DNA of 47,454 nucleotides from Puniceicoccales bacterium (GTDB lineage Bacteria; Verrucomicrobiota; Verrucomicrobiia; Opitutales; JAIRLM01): NCBI GenBank assembly GCA_031287845.1, contig JAITSI010000069.1, positions 1 to 47,454 of the forward strand, read 5' to 3'. Shown piece by piece: positions 37,581 to 47,454 of this stretch (position 1 is its first letter; each line of letters starts with the position of its first letter). The notes under the pieces were generated by a model. It saw only the letters and a program-made list of their open reading frames with translations, ran no database searches and was not told where the DNA came from. The position numbers and the translations under genes were made by a program.

Positions 37581-37958
37581 TCACCGCAGCTCAACCTTGC
37601 CCCCGACGGCTTCCAGGCGCTTCTTCATTTCCTCCGCCTCGGCCTTGGCAATGCCCTCCTTCACGGCCCGGGGCGCTCCCTCCACCACGTTCTTTGCCTC
37701 GACGAGCCCCAGTCCGGTGAGGGCGCGGATCTCTTTGATCACGTTAATTTTGGTATCACCGCCGGAAAGCAGCATGACGGTAAATTCCGTCTTCTCCTCC
37801 ACCTCCTCGGCGGCCGGGGCGGCAACGGCGGCGACGGCCACCGGCGCCGCGGCGCTCACCTCCCACTTCTCCTCCAGCTCCTTGACCAGGGCGGCGATCT
37901 CCAGCACCGACCGGGATCCCAGCCACTCCACCACCTGTTCTTTCGTAGGTTCCGACAT
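37581..37958 (-). CDS. rplL: 50S ribosomal protein L7/L12
   Basis: [20 protein letters not shown]...[27 protein letters not shown]. Confidence 0.97.
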   Translation of the reverse strand: MSEPTKEQVVEWLGSRSVLEIAALVKELEEKWEVSAAAPVAVAAVAAPAAEEVEEKTEFTVMLLSGGDTKINVIKEIRALTGLGLVEAKNVVEGAPRAVKEGIAKAEAEEMKKRLEAVGGKVELR

Positions 37959-37991
37959 ACAATATCCTTCCGAGTCCGACTAGCGGCCATC

Positions 37992-38552
37992 CTAGCCGTT
38001 TGAGGAGCAATTCCCTAGCCGAGCTTCCTCCGTCGATTTTTCCGCCCACGCCCGCAGAAGGCGCAGGAAATTCTGGGGCGCCGCCTGGAGCAGTGCCAGC
38101 AGCCGCTGCGCCGGTGCCTGGAGCAGGGATAGGAATCCGGCCCGCAGCTCCGCCGGCGGCGGCAGCAGGGAAAGGGCCAGCACGTCCTTGGCCGTCAGCA
38201 GCTGGCCGTCCAAAATGCCGCATTTTACGGTCAACTTTCCCTCGCGGCCCCTTTCCCCGGCGAAGGCGCAGTAGCTCTTGGCGACGGTGCTCGGCTCATT
38301 TCCGCCGCTGACGATGGCGGTTGGCCCGCGCAGCGTCCCATGGGCCAGCTCCGGCAGTCCGCACTCGCGCAGGGCAAAGTCCAGCACGGAGTTTTTCACC
38401 ACATGGTACTCGGCCCCGCTGGACCGCAGGAGCCCGCGCAGCGTCGCCACCTCGCCCACGGTCAGCCGGTCGAATCCGACCACGTAGGCGTAGGAGGACT
38501 TGTCCAGGTGGCCCACCGCCTCCCGGACCAGCAATTTTTTCTCCTCACGCAT
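37992..38552 (-). CDS. rplJ: 50S ribosomal protein L10
   Basis: MREEKKLLVREAVGHLDKSSYAYVVGFDRLTVGEVATLR. ATG at 38552 lies downstream of the rplA stop (38569). Confidence 0.94.
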   Translation of the reverse strand: MREEKKLLVREAVGHLDKSSYAYVVGFDRLTVGEVATLRGLLRSSGAEYHVVKNSVLDFALRECGLPELAHGTLRGPTAIVSGGNEPSTVAKSYCAFAGERGREGKLTVKCGILDGQLLTAKDVLALSLLPPPAELRAGFLSLLQAPAQRLLALLQAAPQNFLRLLRAWAEKSTEEARLGNCSSNG

Positions 38553-38568
38553 GGCAAATCTTTCCCAT

Positions 38569-39255
38569 TCAAATTTTCCGCAGGTCCAGCCCAAGGCCCG
38601 GCCCCATGGTGGAGCTGAGCGTTGCCGAGCGCAGGAACCGTTCCTTCACCGCCGGCGGACAGGCCCGGCGCACCTCCCCCAGGGCGGCCACCACGTTTTC
38701 CCGCAGCCGTTGGGCCCCGAAGGAGCGCTTGCCCACCACGAGGGCCACGTTGGCCGTCTTGTCCATTTTAAACTCGTAGCGCCCCGCCTTCACCTCGCGG
38801 ATCGCGGCGGCGATGTCCTCGGAAACCGTCCCGGCCTTGGGGCTCGGCATGAGGCCCCGCGGGCCCAAAATCTTCGCGATGGGCCGGATGGCCGCCATGG
38901 AGGCGGGCTTGGCAACGGTCACGTCGAAGTCAAACCAGCCCTCGTCCCGGATGCGCCGGATCAGCTCGTCCAGCCCGGCGTGGTCTGCGCCGGCCGCCAG
39001 TGCCTCCTCCGCGTTGTCCGTGAACGCCAGCACGCGCACGGTCCTGCCGCTGCCGTGGGGCAGCTTGACGATGCCGCGCACCATCTGATCCCCCTGCTTC
39101 GGGTCAACGCCCAGGTGAAATGCCAGCTCCACGGTCTCGTCGAATTTTGCCCCGGCCATGGCCTGGAGTGCCCCAATGGCCTCGTCCAGGGACAATTCCG
39201 CGGCCGATCCCGCCATTTTTTGATTTTTTTCGTAGCGCTTGCTGCGTTTTTTCAT
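38569..39255 (-). CDS. rplA: 50S ribosomal protein L1
   Basis: KFDETVELAFHLGVDPKQGDQMVRGIVKLPHGSG. Confidence 0.97.
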   Translation of the reverse strand: MKKRSKRYEKNQKMAGSAAELSLDEAIGALQAMAGAKFDETVELAFHLGVDPKQGDQMVRGIVKLPHGSGRTVRVLAFTDNAEEALAAGADHAGLDELIRRIRDEGWFDFDVTVAKPASMAAIRPIAKILGPRGLMPSPKAGTVSEDIAAAIREVKAGRYEFKMDKTANVALVVGKRSFGAQRLRENVVAALGEVRRACPPAVKERFLRSATLSSTMGPGLGLDLRKI

Positions 39256-39264
39256 GGTCCCTCC

Positions 39265-39708
39265 TCAGGCGGTAACGCTAATTCCCATGCTGCGCGCCGT
39301 GCCCTCGACCATGCGCATGGCGGCTTCCTCATCCAGGGCGTTCAGGTCGTCCCTCTTGGCGACGGCGATTTCCCGAATCTGCGCCCGCGTCACCGATCCC
39401 ACCTTTGTGCGGTTGGGCACGCCGGACCCGGCCTGGATCCCCGCGCACTTCTTTAGCAGTATGGCGGCCGGCGGCGACTTGAGCACGAAGGCAAAGCTCT
39501 TATCCGCGAAGACTTCGATCACCGTGGGCAGGATAAGCCCCTTCCGGTCGGCCGTCCTGGCGTTGAATTCCCGGCAAAAGCCCATGATGTTCACGCCGGC
39601 GGAGCCGAGGGCCGGCCCAACGGGAGGAGCCGGATTGGCCTCTCCCGCGGGAAGCTGCAGCCGAATGACCTTTATTACCTTCTTCTTCACCGTCTTTACC
39701 GTAGCCAT
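39265..39708 (-). CDS. rplK: 50S ribosomal protein L11
   Basis: [36 protein letters not shown]. Confidence 0.97.
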   Translation of the reverse strand: MATVKTVKKKVIKVIRLQLPAGEANPAPPVGPALGSAGVNIMGFCREFNARTADRKGLILPTVIEVFADKSFAFVLKSPPAAILLKKCAGIQAGSGVPNRTKVGSVTRAQIREIAVAKRDDLNALDEEAAMRMVEGTARSMGISVTA

Positions 39709-39713
39709 CTTGC

Positions 39714-40316
39714 CTACACCTCCTCCTTCGCCACCTGCCAGAATTCCAGGTCCACCGGCGTCTTCCGTCCAAAGAGGCCGACCCCCACCCGCAGCGTGCC
39801 GGCCTTCACGTCCACGCTCTCCACCTCTCCACTCGAGCCGGCAAAGGGTCCGTCCGTAATTTTGACCGGCGCGCCCACCTCGTAGGGCCGGCCCATTTCC
39901 CGCACCTCGTCCTGGACCGCCACGTGGGCCAGAATGGAGTCCACCTCCGCCTGCTTCAGGGGCGTGGGCCGGTCGGAGCCCACAAAGCCGGACACCCCCT
40001 GCGTCCCGCGGAGCAGCTGCCAGAGCTCATGGCGCAGGTTGCCCTCGCCGTCGAAGAGATCCAGCTCTGCAAAAAGATAGCCCGGGTAGAGCTTGCGCCG
40101 CACCACCCGCCTCTGCCCGTTGCGCACGTCGCAGATGTTCTGCACGGGGAACAGAATTCGCCCCACCAGAGCCCCCATGCCCCCCATGCGGGCCTGCTGG
40201 AGGACGGCCTTCTGGGCCCGGGCCTCGTAGTTGGATATCGTCTGCAGGGTATACCAGTGGAAGTTGGGCGGGGGACCGTCGCCGGTAGAACTGGAATGGG
40301 AGGGGTCGTCGTCCAT
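39714..40316 (-). CDS. nusG: Transcription termination/antitermination factor NusG
   Basis: [17 protein letters not shown]...[12 protein letters not shown]... and C-terminal KOW ([21 protein letters not shown]). ATG at 40316 lies just downstream of secE. Confidence 0.93.
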   Translation of the reverse strand: MDDDPSHSSSTGDGPPPNFHWYTLQTISNYEARAQKAVLQQARMGGMGALVGRILFPVQNICDVRNGQRRVVRRKLYPGYLFAELDLFDGEGNLRHELWQLLRGTQGVSGFVGSDRPTPLKQAEVDSILAHVAVQDEVREMGRPYEVGAPVKITDGPFAGSSGEVESVDVKAGTLRVGVGLFGRKTPVDLEFWQVAKEEV

Positions 40317-40324
40317 GGCCAAGC

Positions 40325-40525
40325 CTAGCGCACCAGGTCCACGAGCAGGTGAATCGCCTGGAACAGGGAAAAATCCACCACCGCCACGAAAAAGCCAACG
40401 GCGAGGGCACCGGCGAGCACCACCGCCGTGGCGCGTCGAAATTCCGTGGCCGTGGGCCAGGTCGTTTTCCGCAATTCCGCGACCGTTTCGCCGAGAAACC
40501 GCTTTCCCCTCCGCAATGCCTTCAC
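40325..40525 (-). CDS. secE: Preprotein translocase subunit SecE
   Basis: 66 aa: FLGETVAELRKTTWPTATEFRRATAVVLAGALAVGFFVAVVDF. Single TM. GTG start. Canonical position between tRNA-Trp and nusG. Confidence 0.9.
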   Translation of the reverse strand: MKALRRGKRFLGETVAELRKTTWPTATEFRRATAVVLAGALAVGFFVAVVDFSLFQAIHLLVDLVR

Positions 40526-40561
40526 GAACTACCTCACACAATGCCCAAGCCAAGGGAGCGC

Positions 40562-40638
40562 TGGCAGGGGAAGAGGGAATCGAACCCCCAACCTACGGTT
40601 TTGGAGACCGTTGCTCTGCCAAATTGAGCTATTCCCCT
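40562..40638 (-). tRNA. trnW: tRNA-Trp (anticodon CCA), CCA end encoded
   Basis: Minus strand AGGGGAATAGCTCAATTTGGCAGAGCAACGGTCTCCAAAACCGTAGGTTGGGGGTTCGATTCCCTCTTCCCCTGCCA. Folds by hand into a cloverleaf: acceptor AGGGGAA/TTCCCCT, anticodon loop CTCCAAA, T-loop TTCGATT. Confidence 0.95.
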
Positions 40639-40724
40639 CCGACTGCGAACAGCTCGACCATTCCAAGGGGAGCAATCTGCAACAGGCAAGACATTTTTTT
40701 ACCCCTTTTGGGATCCCCTGGCCC

Positions 40725-41915
<1,191 letters not shown>

Positions 41916-41946
41916 AGCGTTCTCTCTTCTGTCTGCCTGAAACCGA

Positions 41947-42022
<76 letters not shown>

Positions 42023-42160
42023 CACCGGGGCGCAAATTTCCCACCGAGCGCCCCACCGACGGCAAGGTGCGGTCCCCTCCAAAGGGCGTCAAGGCTTTTT
42101 TCCGAAAAAATCCCTGCCCGCCGCCGGGGGAAAAATCTTTTCCCGCCGTCCCAATGGCCC

Positions 42161-43405
42161 ATGCTCTTCCCCATGGCCGCCCCGGATGGTCAAATCCCCC
42201 GCCGCCACGTGCCCATCCCCGGGGAGAGCCGCTGGGATGGAATCGGTCCCCTCTGCATCCTTTTTCTAGTCCTGCTGGGAATTTCCGCCATCCACACCGC
42301 CCAGCTGGCCTCGCCGGGATCGCAGTGGCGCGGGCAGCTGATCTGGTTCTGCGCCGGGGCCGGCCTCTACGTTGCCTGCGCCCGGCTCGACTACCATTTC
42401 CTTCGCCGCCACGCGCACTGGATCTACGCCGGCGGCGTGGGGCTGCTGCTCCTCGTCTGGACGCCCCTGGGCATAGGCCGCTACGGCGCCGTGCGCTGGA
42501 TCCGCCTCCTCGGATTCCAGCTGCAGCCGGCGGAGGTGGCAAAATTTACCACCCTGGTGATGCTCTCCGCCCTGCTGGCGAGTGCCAGAATCGAGTCCCT
42601 GCGCGAGTCCCGGGCCGCGCTGCTGCGCATTCTTGCCCTCTTTTCCCTTCCCTGGCTGCTCATCTTCCTCCAGCCGGACCTGGGCTCCGCGCTCATCCTT
42701 CCCCCCGTGCTGCTGGCCCTGCTCTTCCTGTCCGGGCTGTCCGGCCGCTTCTTTCTCCTGCTCTTTGCCCTGGCCGTGGCATTCCTGGCCCTGCTCACCT
42801 GGGACATCTACCGCTACCGCAACTTTTTGGACGAAAATGGCCTGCGGCCGGACCAGCACGGCGGCCTGTACCAGGGCCATTCGCTCCTGCCCCTGAAGGA
42901 CTACCAGCGCAATCGCATCCTGGGATTCATCGCGCCGGCCGTGGTGGATCCCCGCGGGACCGGAATCAGCTGGAACCTGCGCCAGTCGCTCATCGCCGTC
43001 GGCTCGGGGGGGCTGGCGGGCAAAGGGGCAACGAACAGCAGCCAGGCCCAGCTGGGCTACCTGCCCCGGTCGGTCGCCACCAATGACTTTCTCTTCTCCG
43101 TCCTGGCCGAGGAGCGGGGCCTGCTGGGATCCCTGTGCGGGCTTTCCCTGCTCACGACTCTGATCATCAATGATTTGCGCATTGCCGCCGCCGCCCGCGA
43201 CCGCTTTGGCCGCCACCTCGCCGCCGGAATTGCCATCTTTTTGCTCATGCACGTGGCGGTGAACATGGGCATGACCCTGGGACTCATGCCGATCACGGGG
43301 GTCCCCCTTCCCTTTCTCAGCTACGGCGGTTCCTTCCTGGTTGTGTGCTGCGTCCTGCAGGGGGTCGTGCAGAGCATCTACCACCGCCGGCGTAATCTGT
43401 GCTGA
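42161..43405 (+). CDS. rodA: FtsW/RodA/SpoVE (SEDS) family peptidoglycan polymerase
   Basis: Multi-TM. RWIRLLGFQLQPAEVAKF, QPDLGSAL, LPRSVATNDFLFSVLAEERG, GLMPITGVPLPFLSYGGS. ATG at 42161 chosen because the upstream part of the ORF overlaps tRNA-Thr. Assignment as rodA rather than ftsW is not resolvable here. Confidence 0.88.
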   Translation: MLFPMAAPDGQIPRRHVPIPGESRWDGIGPLCILFLVLLGISAIHTAQLASPGSQWRGQLIWFCAGAGLYVACARLDYHFLRRHAHWIYAGGVGLLLLVWTPLGIGRYGAVRWIRLLGFQLQPAEVAKFTTLVMLSALLASARIESLRESRAALLRILALFSLPWLLIFLQPDLGSALILPPVLLALLFLSGLSGRFFLLLFALAVAFLALLTWDIYRYRNFLDENGLRPDQHGGLYQGHSLLPLKDYQRNRILGFIAPAVVDPRGTGISWNLRQSLIAVGSGGLAGKGATNSSQAQLGYLPRSVATNDFLFSVLAEERGLLGSLCGLSLLTTLIINDLRIAAAARDRFGRHLAAGIAIFLLMHVAVNMGMTLGLMPITGVPLPFLSYGGSFLVVCCVLQGVVQSIYHRRRNLC

Positions 43406-43504
43406 GCGGCGCCGGGGGAAAGCAAAGCGCCTCTTCCTGGACCGTCCCGGCGCACGGCGTGCCGTAGTGCTACTCATCCGGGCGAAGCGACGCCGGGGCC
43501 AGGG

Positions 43505-43996
43505 TCAGGATCCGTAAACCCGGTCCGCCGGTTGGCGGTGGGGCTGCGCCCCTCTGGGAGGTCTCAAAGGGGGCTGCCGCGCCCCTTTGCCAATCCCTCG
43601 CCCACGGAGTGCCGTAGCATCGATAATCGGGGGAAGCGAAGCTGGGGGCAAAGCCCCCAAAAGGGCCTGGCCGGCCCCCGAGGCCCCCTCGCTTCGCTCG
43701 GGACGCCGGCCGGCCGGGCGCTGCGGACGGTTCCATCCAAGGCTGGCGGGCCGGCCCAACCCCAGGAGATGATAGAATAAGGTGCTGGGCGATGCTTCTG
43801 CCATGGCAGATGCCATGGGCAGCGCGCAGGTCGCCCCGCGTAGCCTTTTTGCCATCAGGGCCGGCCCGCGGCACTGCCCGCTCCGCCGGGCAGCGCCCGT
43901 GAAAGGCCTTTCCCTCAAGAAGTCAAGCTCCTGCACAACAGGTCCCTATCGGTCACTTTTTCAGGTGGAGGTGGAATGCGGTTTGACGAGTCCTGA
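43505..43996 (-). repeat. Mosaic MITE-like repeat, copy 6 (full length ~490 bp, inverted)
   Basis: Tail TCAGGATCCGTAAACCCGGTCCGCCGGTTGGCGG at 43505; head GGAGGTGGAATGCGGTTTGACGAGTCCTGA ending at 43996. Reverse complement of copy 2. Confidence 0.85.
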
Positions 43997-44065
43997 GCCT
44001 AGTCAAGAAAACCGTTTTGGCAAGGATTTTTTTTCGGTTGGTGAATTGCCGAACTCTCTAATTTT

Positions 44066-46030
44066 CTAGTGTTGGGTTTGTGTCCCGGCGTTTGGTGTCC
44101 TGGCGCGGTATTCCGCATAGTCCGCATAGCTTGGAAATTGGTGGGATCCGTATCCATAGACGGCGCGGGCGTTAAAGCCATTTTGCATAATGCGGCACAG
44201 CACCCAGCTCAGGTTGACCTTGCCGTCGATGATCATCTCATTTTGCCTAGCATCGTTATAGTCGCAGACCCATCCCAGTTTTTCGCAGGCGCTTGCCACC
44301 CGGTCGATATCGCGATAGATCAGAAAGGATGGGGAGCGGCCGGCGCCGGAATTGCAGTGGGCAAGCAGGCAGACCGGTTCATTGGGTCGGCCTGACAATG
44401 TGGCGACCTGTGCCTCGATTCGCTTGTAGGCATCTAATAGGGCCTGAGCCGATGCCGGCGCCAGTGCTCCATTATCTGACCAATTGGCAATGCGCAGCCG
44501 GTAAAAGATGTTCTTTTTTTTGTTTTTGTTCAGGCAAAAACTTTGCAAGCCGAGGGCGAGTTCAGAGGAATATTCCCGGTTTTGATTTCCCAAATCGTCG
44601 TATCGCACCATTTTTATGGGTATCTTTTCTAGCGGACCCACGTGTTCGACATTCGTAATTACGCCATTTTCCGGAGTGGGATTATTGAAGTATTTGTTTT
44701 CTTCATTGAATAGCACTATTTCGGAATATTTATCAGTATTTTCCCATGCCAATGGATAGTCTATTCCGTCGGAACTCATATCCGCGATGATTAAATTTTT
44801 TCCATTGAATTCCTCGCCCAAGGCCTCGCAAAATGCTGTCTGCGTCGGCATGTAACGTCCATCGAGATACAGCGGATGAGAGCAAACATAGCTTTCCTTT
44901 GTAATTTGCGAAATGTCGCCCCAGATAGTTTGTTCATTGGTGAGGGATTTGTTGGGACCATCATTAAAAAACGCAAGGAGCTCCGTATTTGGGAGAAACA
45001 AATTTTGCTTCTGAAATACGCTCTTGTTGGTACTTGTTGCAATAACCAGTGGGGTAGCTTTGATCTTAGATCTCTCGGTGACACATTGCACATTGTGCTG
45101 TTTCAGTGAGTATTTTTCCAGTGCATTCGGAATCTTCTCGGTTGGGCACACGGCATGGAAATCAATTTTTTCTAGGCCATTGCTGTCCACGGGGAAGTCG
45201 TTCCCGAACATTCCGAGTAAAAGTTCCTTTACATTTTGCTCGGTTGGCGTTTCTGTTTCCGACAGTTGGGTGCTGATTTTGGCGGACGCGGGAAAGTGGA
45301 TCACAGTTTTCGCAGGAGAAATTTCCGGAGATGGCAATGGGGGAGTTTGGTGAGAGGTTTGAGAAGAGGTTTGCGAAGAGATTTGAGAAGAAATTTCAGA
45401 GGAGGTTGTGGAAGAGGTCGATGATGAGAATTTAGATGAAAGTTCGGATGGGGGCTCGGGGAGTGTTAAGCTTTGGACTTTAGGGGGAGCCATGGGAGAG
45501 GTTTGGGAAGAAACTGTGGCGATGGGGACGCTTGGCTGAGACGTGTCCGTAGTTTGATTGTTCTCCTGTGACGGAGGAGTTGGAATGAGCTTAGTGTGCG
45601 TACTGTGGCCTTTCCGGAGGCAGGTGCAAAGGATAAGCACTCCAATGGAGCCGATGGCCAGCGCGGCCAACGGAACGGCGAGAAAAACCAATGGGAATGG
45701 CAAAAATATGACCATAACGGCGGCGCCGGCCAGGGCCAGCAATGAGATTGTCAGACAGGTGGTAAAAAGAACGGGACAAATCCCGGTGGTCTTACAAGTC
45801 TGAAGCTTGCATGGCGGAATAACGATTTTTTCGACTGAAATATTCTGTGTCTCTGATTTCAAAACATTTTTCTCGTTCAGTTCCACGCGGTCAAACTGGG
45901 CAAGGGAACTGCTTTGGCAAGGATTTTCTTCGACTGGGAAATTGAGCAACTTTCCAGCTTCGGCGTCGGGTTTATGGCGTAGTATTTTGCCCCTCGGATT
46001 GTCCGGCACGGTACTCCGCATAGTCGGCAT
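44066..46030 (-). CDS. Membrane-hairpin protein with Ser/Thr/Gln-rich linker and C-terminal classical protein-tyrosine-phosphatase-like domain (paralogue 1)
   Basis: HCNSGAGRS (CX5R P-loop, nt 44333-44359). WPD-loop position reads ANWSDNGA ~40 aa upstream. FCEALGEEF..NLIIADMSS resembles the PTP FWxMxWE/IVMLT motifs. Bilobed hydrophobic segment ICPVLFTTCLTISLLALAGAAVMVIFL-PFP-LVFLAVPLAALAIGSIGVLILCTCL. AT-rich. Start uncertain: ATG 46030 overlaps the paralogue 2 stop by 59 nt; ATG 46021 and GTG 46009 are alternatives. Confidence 0.7.
   Translation of the reverse strand: MPTMRSTVPDNPRGKILRHKPDAEAGKLLNFPVEENPCQSSSLAQFDRVELNEKNVLKSETQNISVEKIVIPPCKLQTCKTTGICPVLFTTCLTISLLALAGAAVMVIFLPFPLVFLAVPLAALAIGSIGVLILCTCLRKGHSTHTKLIPTPPSQENNQTTDTSQPSVPIATVSSQTSPMAPPKVQSLTLPEPPSELSSKFSSSTSSTTSSEISSQISSQTSSQTSHQTPPLPSPEISPAKTVIHFPASAKISTQLSETETPTEQNVKELLLGMFGNDFPVDSNGLEKIDFHAVCPTEKIPNALEKYSLKQHNVQCVTERSKIKATPLVIATSTNKSVFQKQNLFLPNTELLAFFNDGPNKSLTNEQTIWGDISQITKESYVCSHPLYLDGRYMPTQTAFCEALGEEFNGKNLIIADMSSDGIDYPLAWENTDKYSEIVLFNEENKYFNNPTPENGVITNVEHVGPLEKIPIKMVRYDDLGNQNREYSSELALGLQSFCLNKNKKKNIFYRLRIANWSDNGALAPASAQALLDAYKRIEAQVATLSGRPNEPVCLLAHCNSGAGRSPSFLIYRDIDRVASACEKLGWVCDYNDARQNEMIIDGKVNLSWVLCRIMQNGFNARAVYGYGSHQFPSYADYAEYRARTPNAGTQTQH
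45354..45401 (-). repeat. Four degenerate tandem 12-nt units inside paralogue 1 (encode SEIS-SQIS-SQTS-SQTS)
   Basis: Plus strand reads GAGGTTTGAGAA GAGGTTTGCGAA GAGATTTGAGAA GAAATTTCAGAG consecutively. Confidence 0.8.
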
Positions 46031-47454
46031 AGCTTAGGAATTGATTGCGTCCGCATCCATAGACGGAGCGGGCGTTGATACCGTTTTGCAGAATGCGGCA
46101 CAGCACCCAGCTCAGATTGACCTTGCTCTCGACAAGCATTTGATTCTGCTTGCTATCGTCGTAGGTGCAGGCCCATCCCAGCTTTTCACAGGCACTTGCC
46201 ACCCGGTCGATGTCGCGATAGATAAGAAAGGAAGGGGAACGGCCGGCGCCGGAATCGCAGTGGGCAAGCAGGTAAACCGGTTCCTGCGGCCGGCCTGACA
46301 ATTCGGCGACCCTTGCCTCAAACCACTTGTAGCTATCTATGATAGCCTGGGCCGATTCTCCGATTGGCGCTCCTCCGTCGGGCCAATTTTTAATGCGTAG
46401 CTGGTAGAACGTGTTCATTTTTCCATTCCTAATTTTCAGTTGAAAACTTTGCAGGGTAAAAGCGAGGGATGCATTGATGCTATTTATCTCTCCATTTTTT
46501 TCTAGCATGACTGTTTCCTGCTCTACTGTTGTAGTCCTTTTTTGGACGTTCGTGACCATGCCATTCGCTGGGAAAAATGGTTCGAATTCGCTGTCGATGC
46601 GGTCATTTTCCCAATCGAATAGATAATTTTCATTGCCCGAGCTCATGTCCACGATGATTAGGTTTTTTCCGTCGAACTCCTCGTGCAGGGCCTCGCAAAA
46701 TGCCCTCTTTGACGGCATATCCTGCCGTTTTGCAAGGAGACATGCTGGGCTTGGGCAAACATAGGAGGTTGCGGTGATTTGCGAAATGTCGCCCCAGATG
46801 GTTTCTTTGTTAACCGAAGCGCAATTCTCTCGGTTCCAAACATTTGTATCCCGCATCCATAGACGATTCCACTGCGCCTGCGGGACGAATACATTTTTTT
46901 GCCGATATACACTCCTTTTGCTGTGCGTTGCAAAGGTCAATATGCCAAATGGTGATTGGGCGGCGAGAATTTTTACGCCGTGCCGTTTCCGCGAATACTG
47001 TGCCAGTGCCGCCGGCAACCCGTCATCGCTTATGTTATTAAAATCAATTTTGCCCAACTTGCTGCCGTCCACGGGAAAGTTTTCCCCGAACAATAGCTGC
47101 AAAAGTGTCTTTACATTTTCATTGGTTGGACTTTCTATTTCTGACAGTGAAGCATGGATTTCAGCTAGTACGGAAGGGGGAATTTTGTAAGAATTTTTGG
47201 TGTTTCGGAGGCAGGTGTAAAGGATAAACAGTCCAATGGAGCCGATGGCCAGCGCGGCCAACGGAACGGCGAGAAAAACCCATGGGAATGGCAAAAATAT
47301 GACCATAACGACGGCGCCGGCCAGGGCCAGCAATGAGATTATCAGACAGGTGGTAAAAAGAACGGGACAAATCCCGGTGGTCTTACAAGTCTGAAGCTTG
47401 CATGGCGGAATAACGATTTTTTCGACTGAAATATTCTGTGTCTCTGATTTCAAA
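45972..47454 (-). CDS. Membrane-hairpin protein with classical protein-tyrosine-phosphatase-like domain (paralogue 2, 5' end beyond window)
   Basis: HCDSGAGRS (nt 46236-46262). Canonical WPD loop in IKNWPDGGAP 40 aa upstream of the Cys. Same bilobed hydrophobic segment as paralogue 1. The ORF runs off the window edge. Confidence 0.7.
   Translation of the reverse strand, partial: LKSETQNISVEKIVIPPCKLQTCKTTGICPVLFTTCLIISLLALAGAVVMVIFLPFPWVFLAVPLAALAIGSIGLFILYTCLRNTKNSYKIPPSVLAEIHASLSEIESPTNENVKTLLQLLFGENFPVDGSKLGKIDFNNISDDGLPAALAQYSRKRHGVKILAAQSPFGILTFATHSKRSVYRQKNVFVPQAQWNRLWMRDTNVWNRENCASVNKETIWGDISQITATSYVCPSPACLLAKRQDMPSKRAFCEALHEEFDGKNLIIVDMSSGNENYLFDWENDRIDSEFEPFFPANGMVTNVQKRTTTVEQETVMLEKNGEINSINASLAFTLQSFQLKIRNGKMNTFYQLRIKNWPDGGAPIGESAQAIIDSYKWFEARVAELSGRPQEPVYLLAHCDSGAGRSPSFLIYRDIDRVASACEKLGWACTYDDSKQNQMLVESKVNLSWVLCRILQNGINARSVYGCGRNQFLSYADYAEYRAGQSEGQNTTP

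Noticed and set aside
42023-42160. Candidate promoter for tRNA-Thr/tuf: TTGCCG-N18-GAAATT about 12 nt upstream of the tRNA 5' end on the minus strand.
   Set aside because: The match to sigma70 consensus is weak and the spacing is non-optimal. It cannot be supported without transcription start data, so it is not listed as a feature.

Overview
High-GC bacterial chromosome segment. A few hand-counted 60-nt lines give about 62-68% GC in the core genes. One ~32-kb minus-strand run of core expression genes dominates the window: tRNA-Thr, tuf, tRNA-Trp, secE, nusG, rplKAJL, rpoBC, rpsLG, fusA, the S10/spc/alpha ribosomal clusters (with secY, map, rpoA), then hup, ispF and ispE. The plus strand carries an RNase E/G-family gene, mcsB, lptB and a rodA/ftsW-family gene. 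Three AT-richer islands (about 38-53% GC in hand-counted lines) interrupt this core. Each island abuts a copy of a GC-rich 310-490 bp mosaic repeat with TCAGGACCCGTAAAAC inverted termini; there are six copies or fragments in the window and no transposase. Island 1 (3.35-5.46 kb) holds one gene for a Pro-rich protein with PI3K/PI4K-like (type II PI4K-like) catalytic motifs, bracketed by two inverted repeat copies. Island 2 (8.73-10.1 kb) holds a Panacea/DUF4065 (SocA-like) antitoxin gene. A downstream ORF is coupled to it and is broken by a frameshift in a T8 run. Island 3 (44.0 kb to the window end) holds two tandem paralogues that combine a bilobed hydrophobic hairpin with a complete classical protein-tyrosine-phosphatase motif set (WPD loop, HCxSGAGRS). 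The most interesting hypothesis is a repeat-bounded set of eukaryote-like, host-directed kinase and phosphatase effector genes inserted next to the translation super-operon. All functional calls rest on motifs read by eye from the supplied translations. No database search was possible, and the taxon is not established (a PVC-like bacterium is only a guess).
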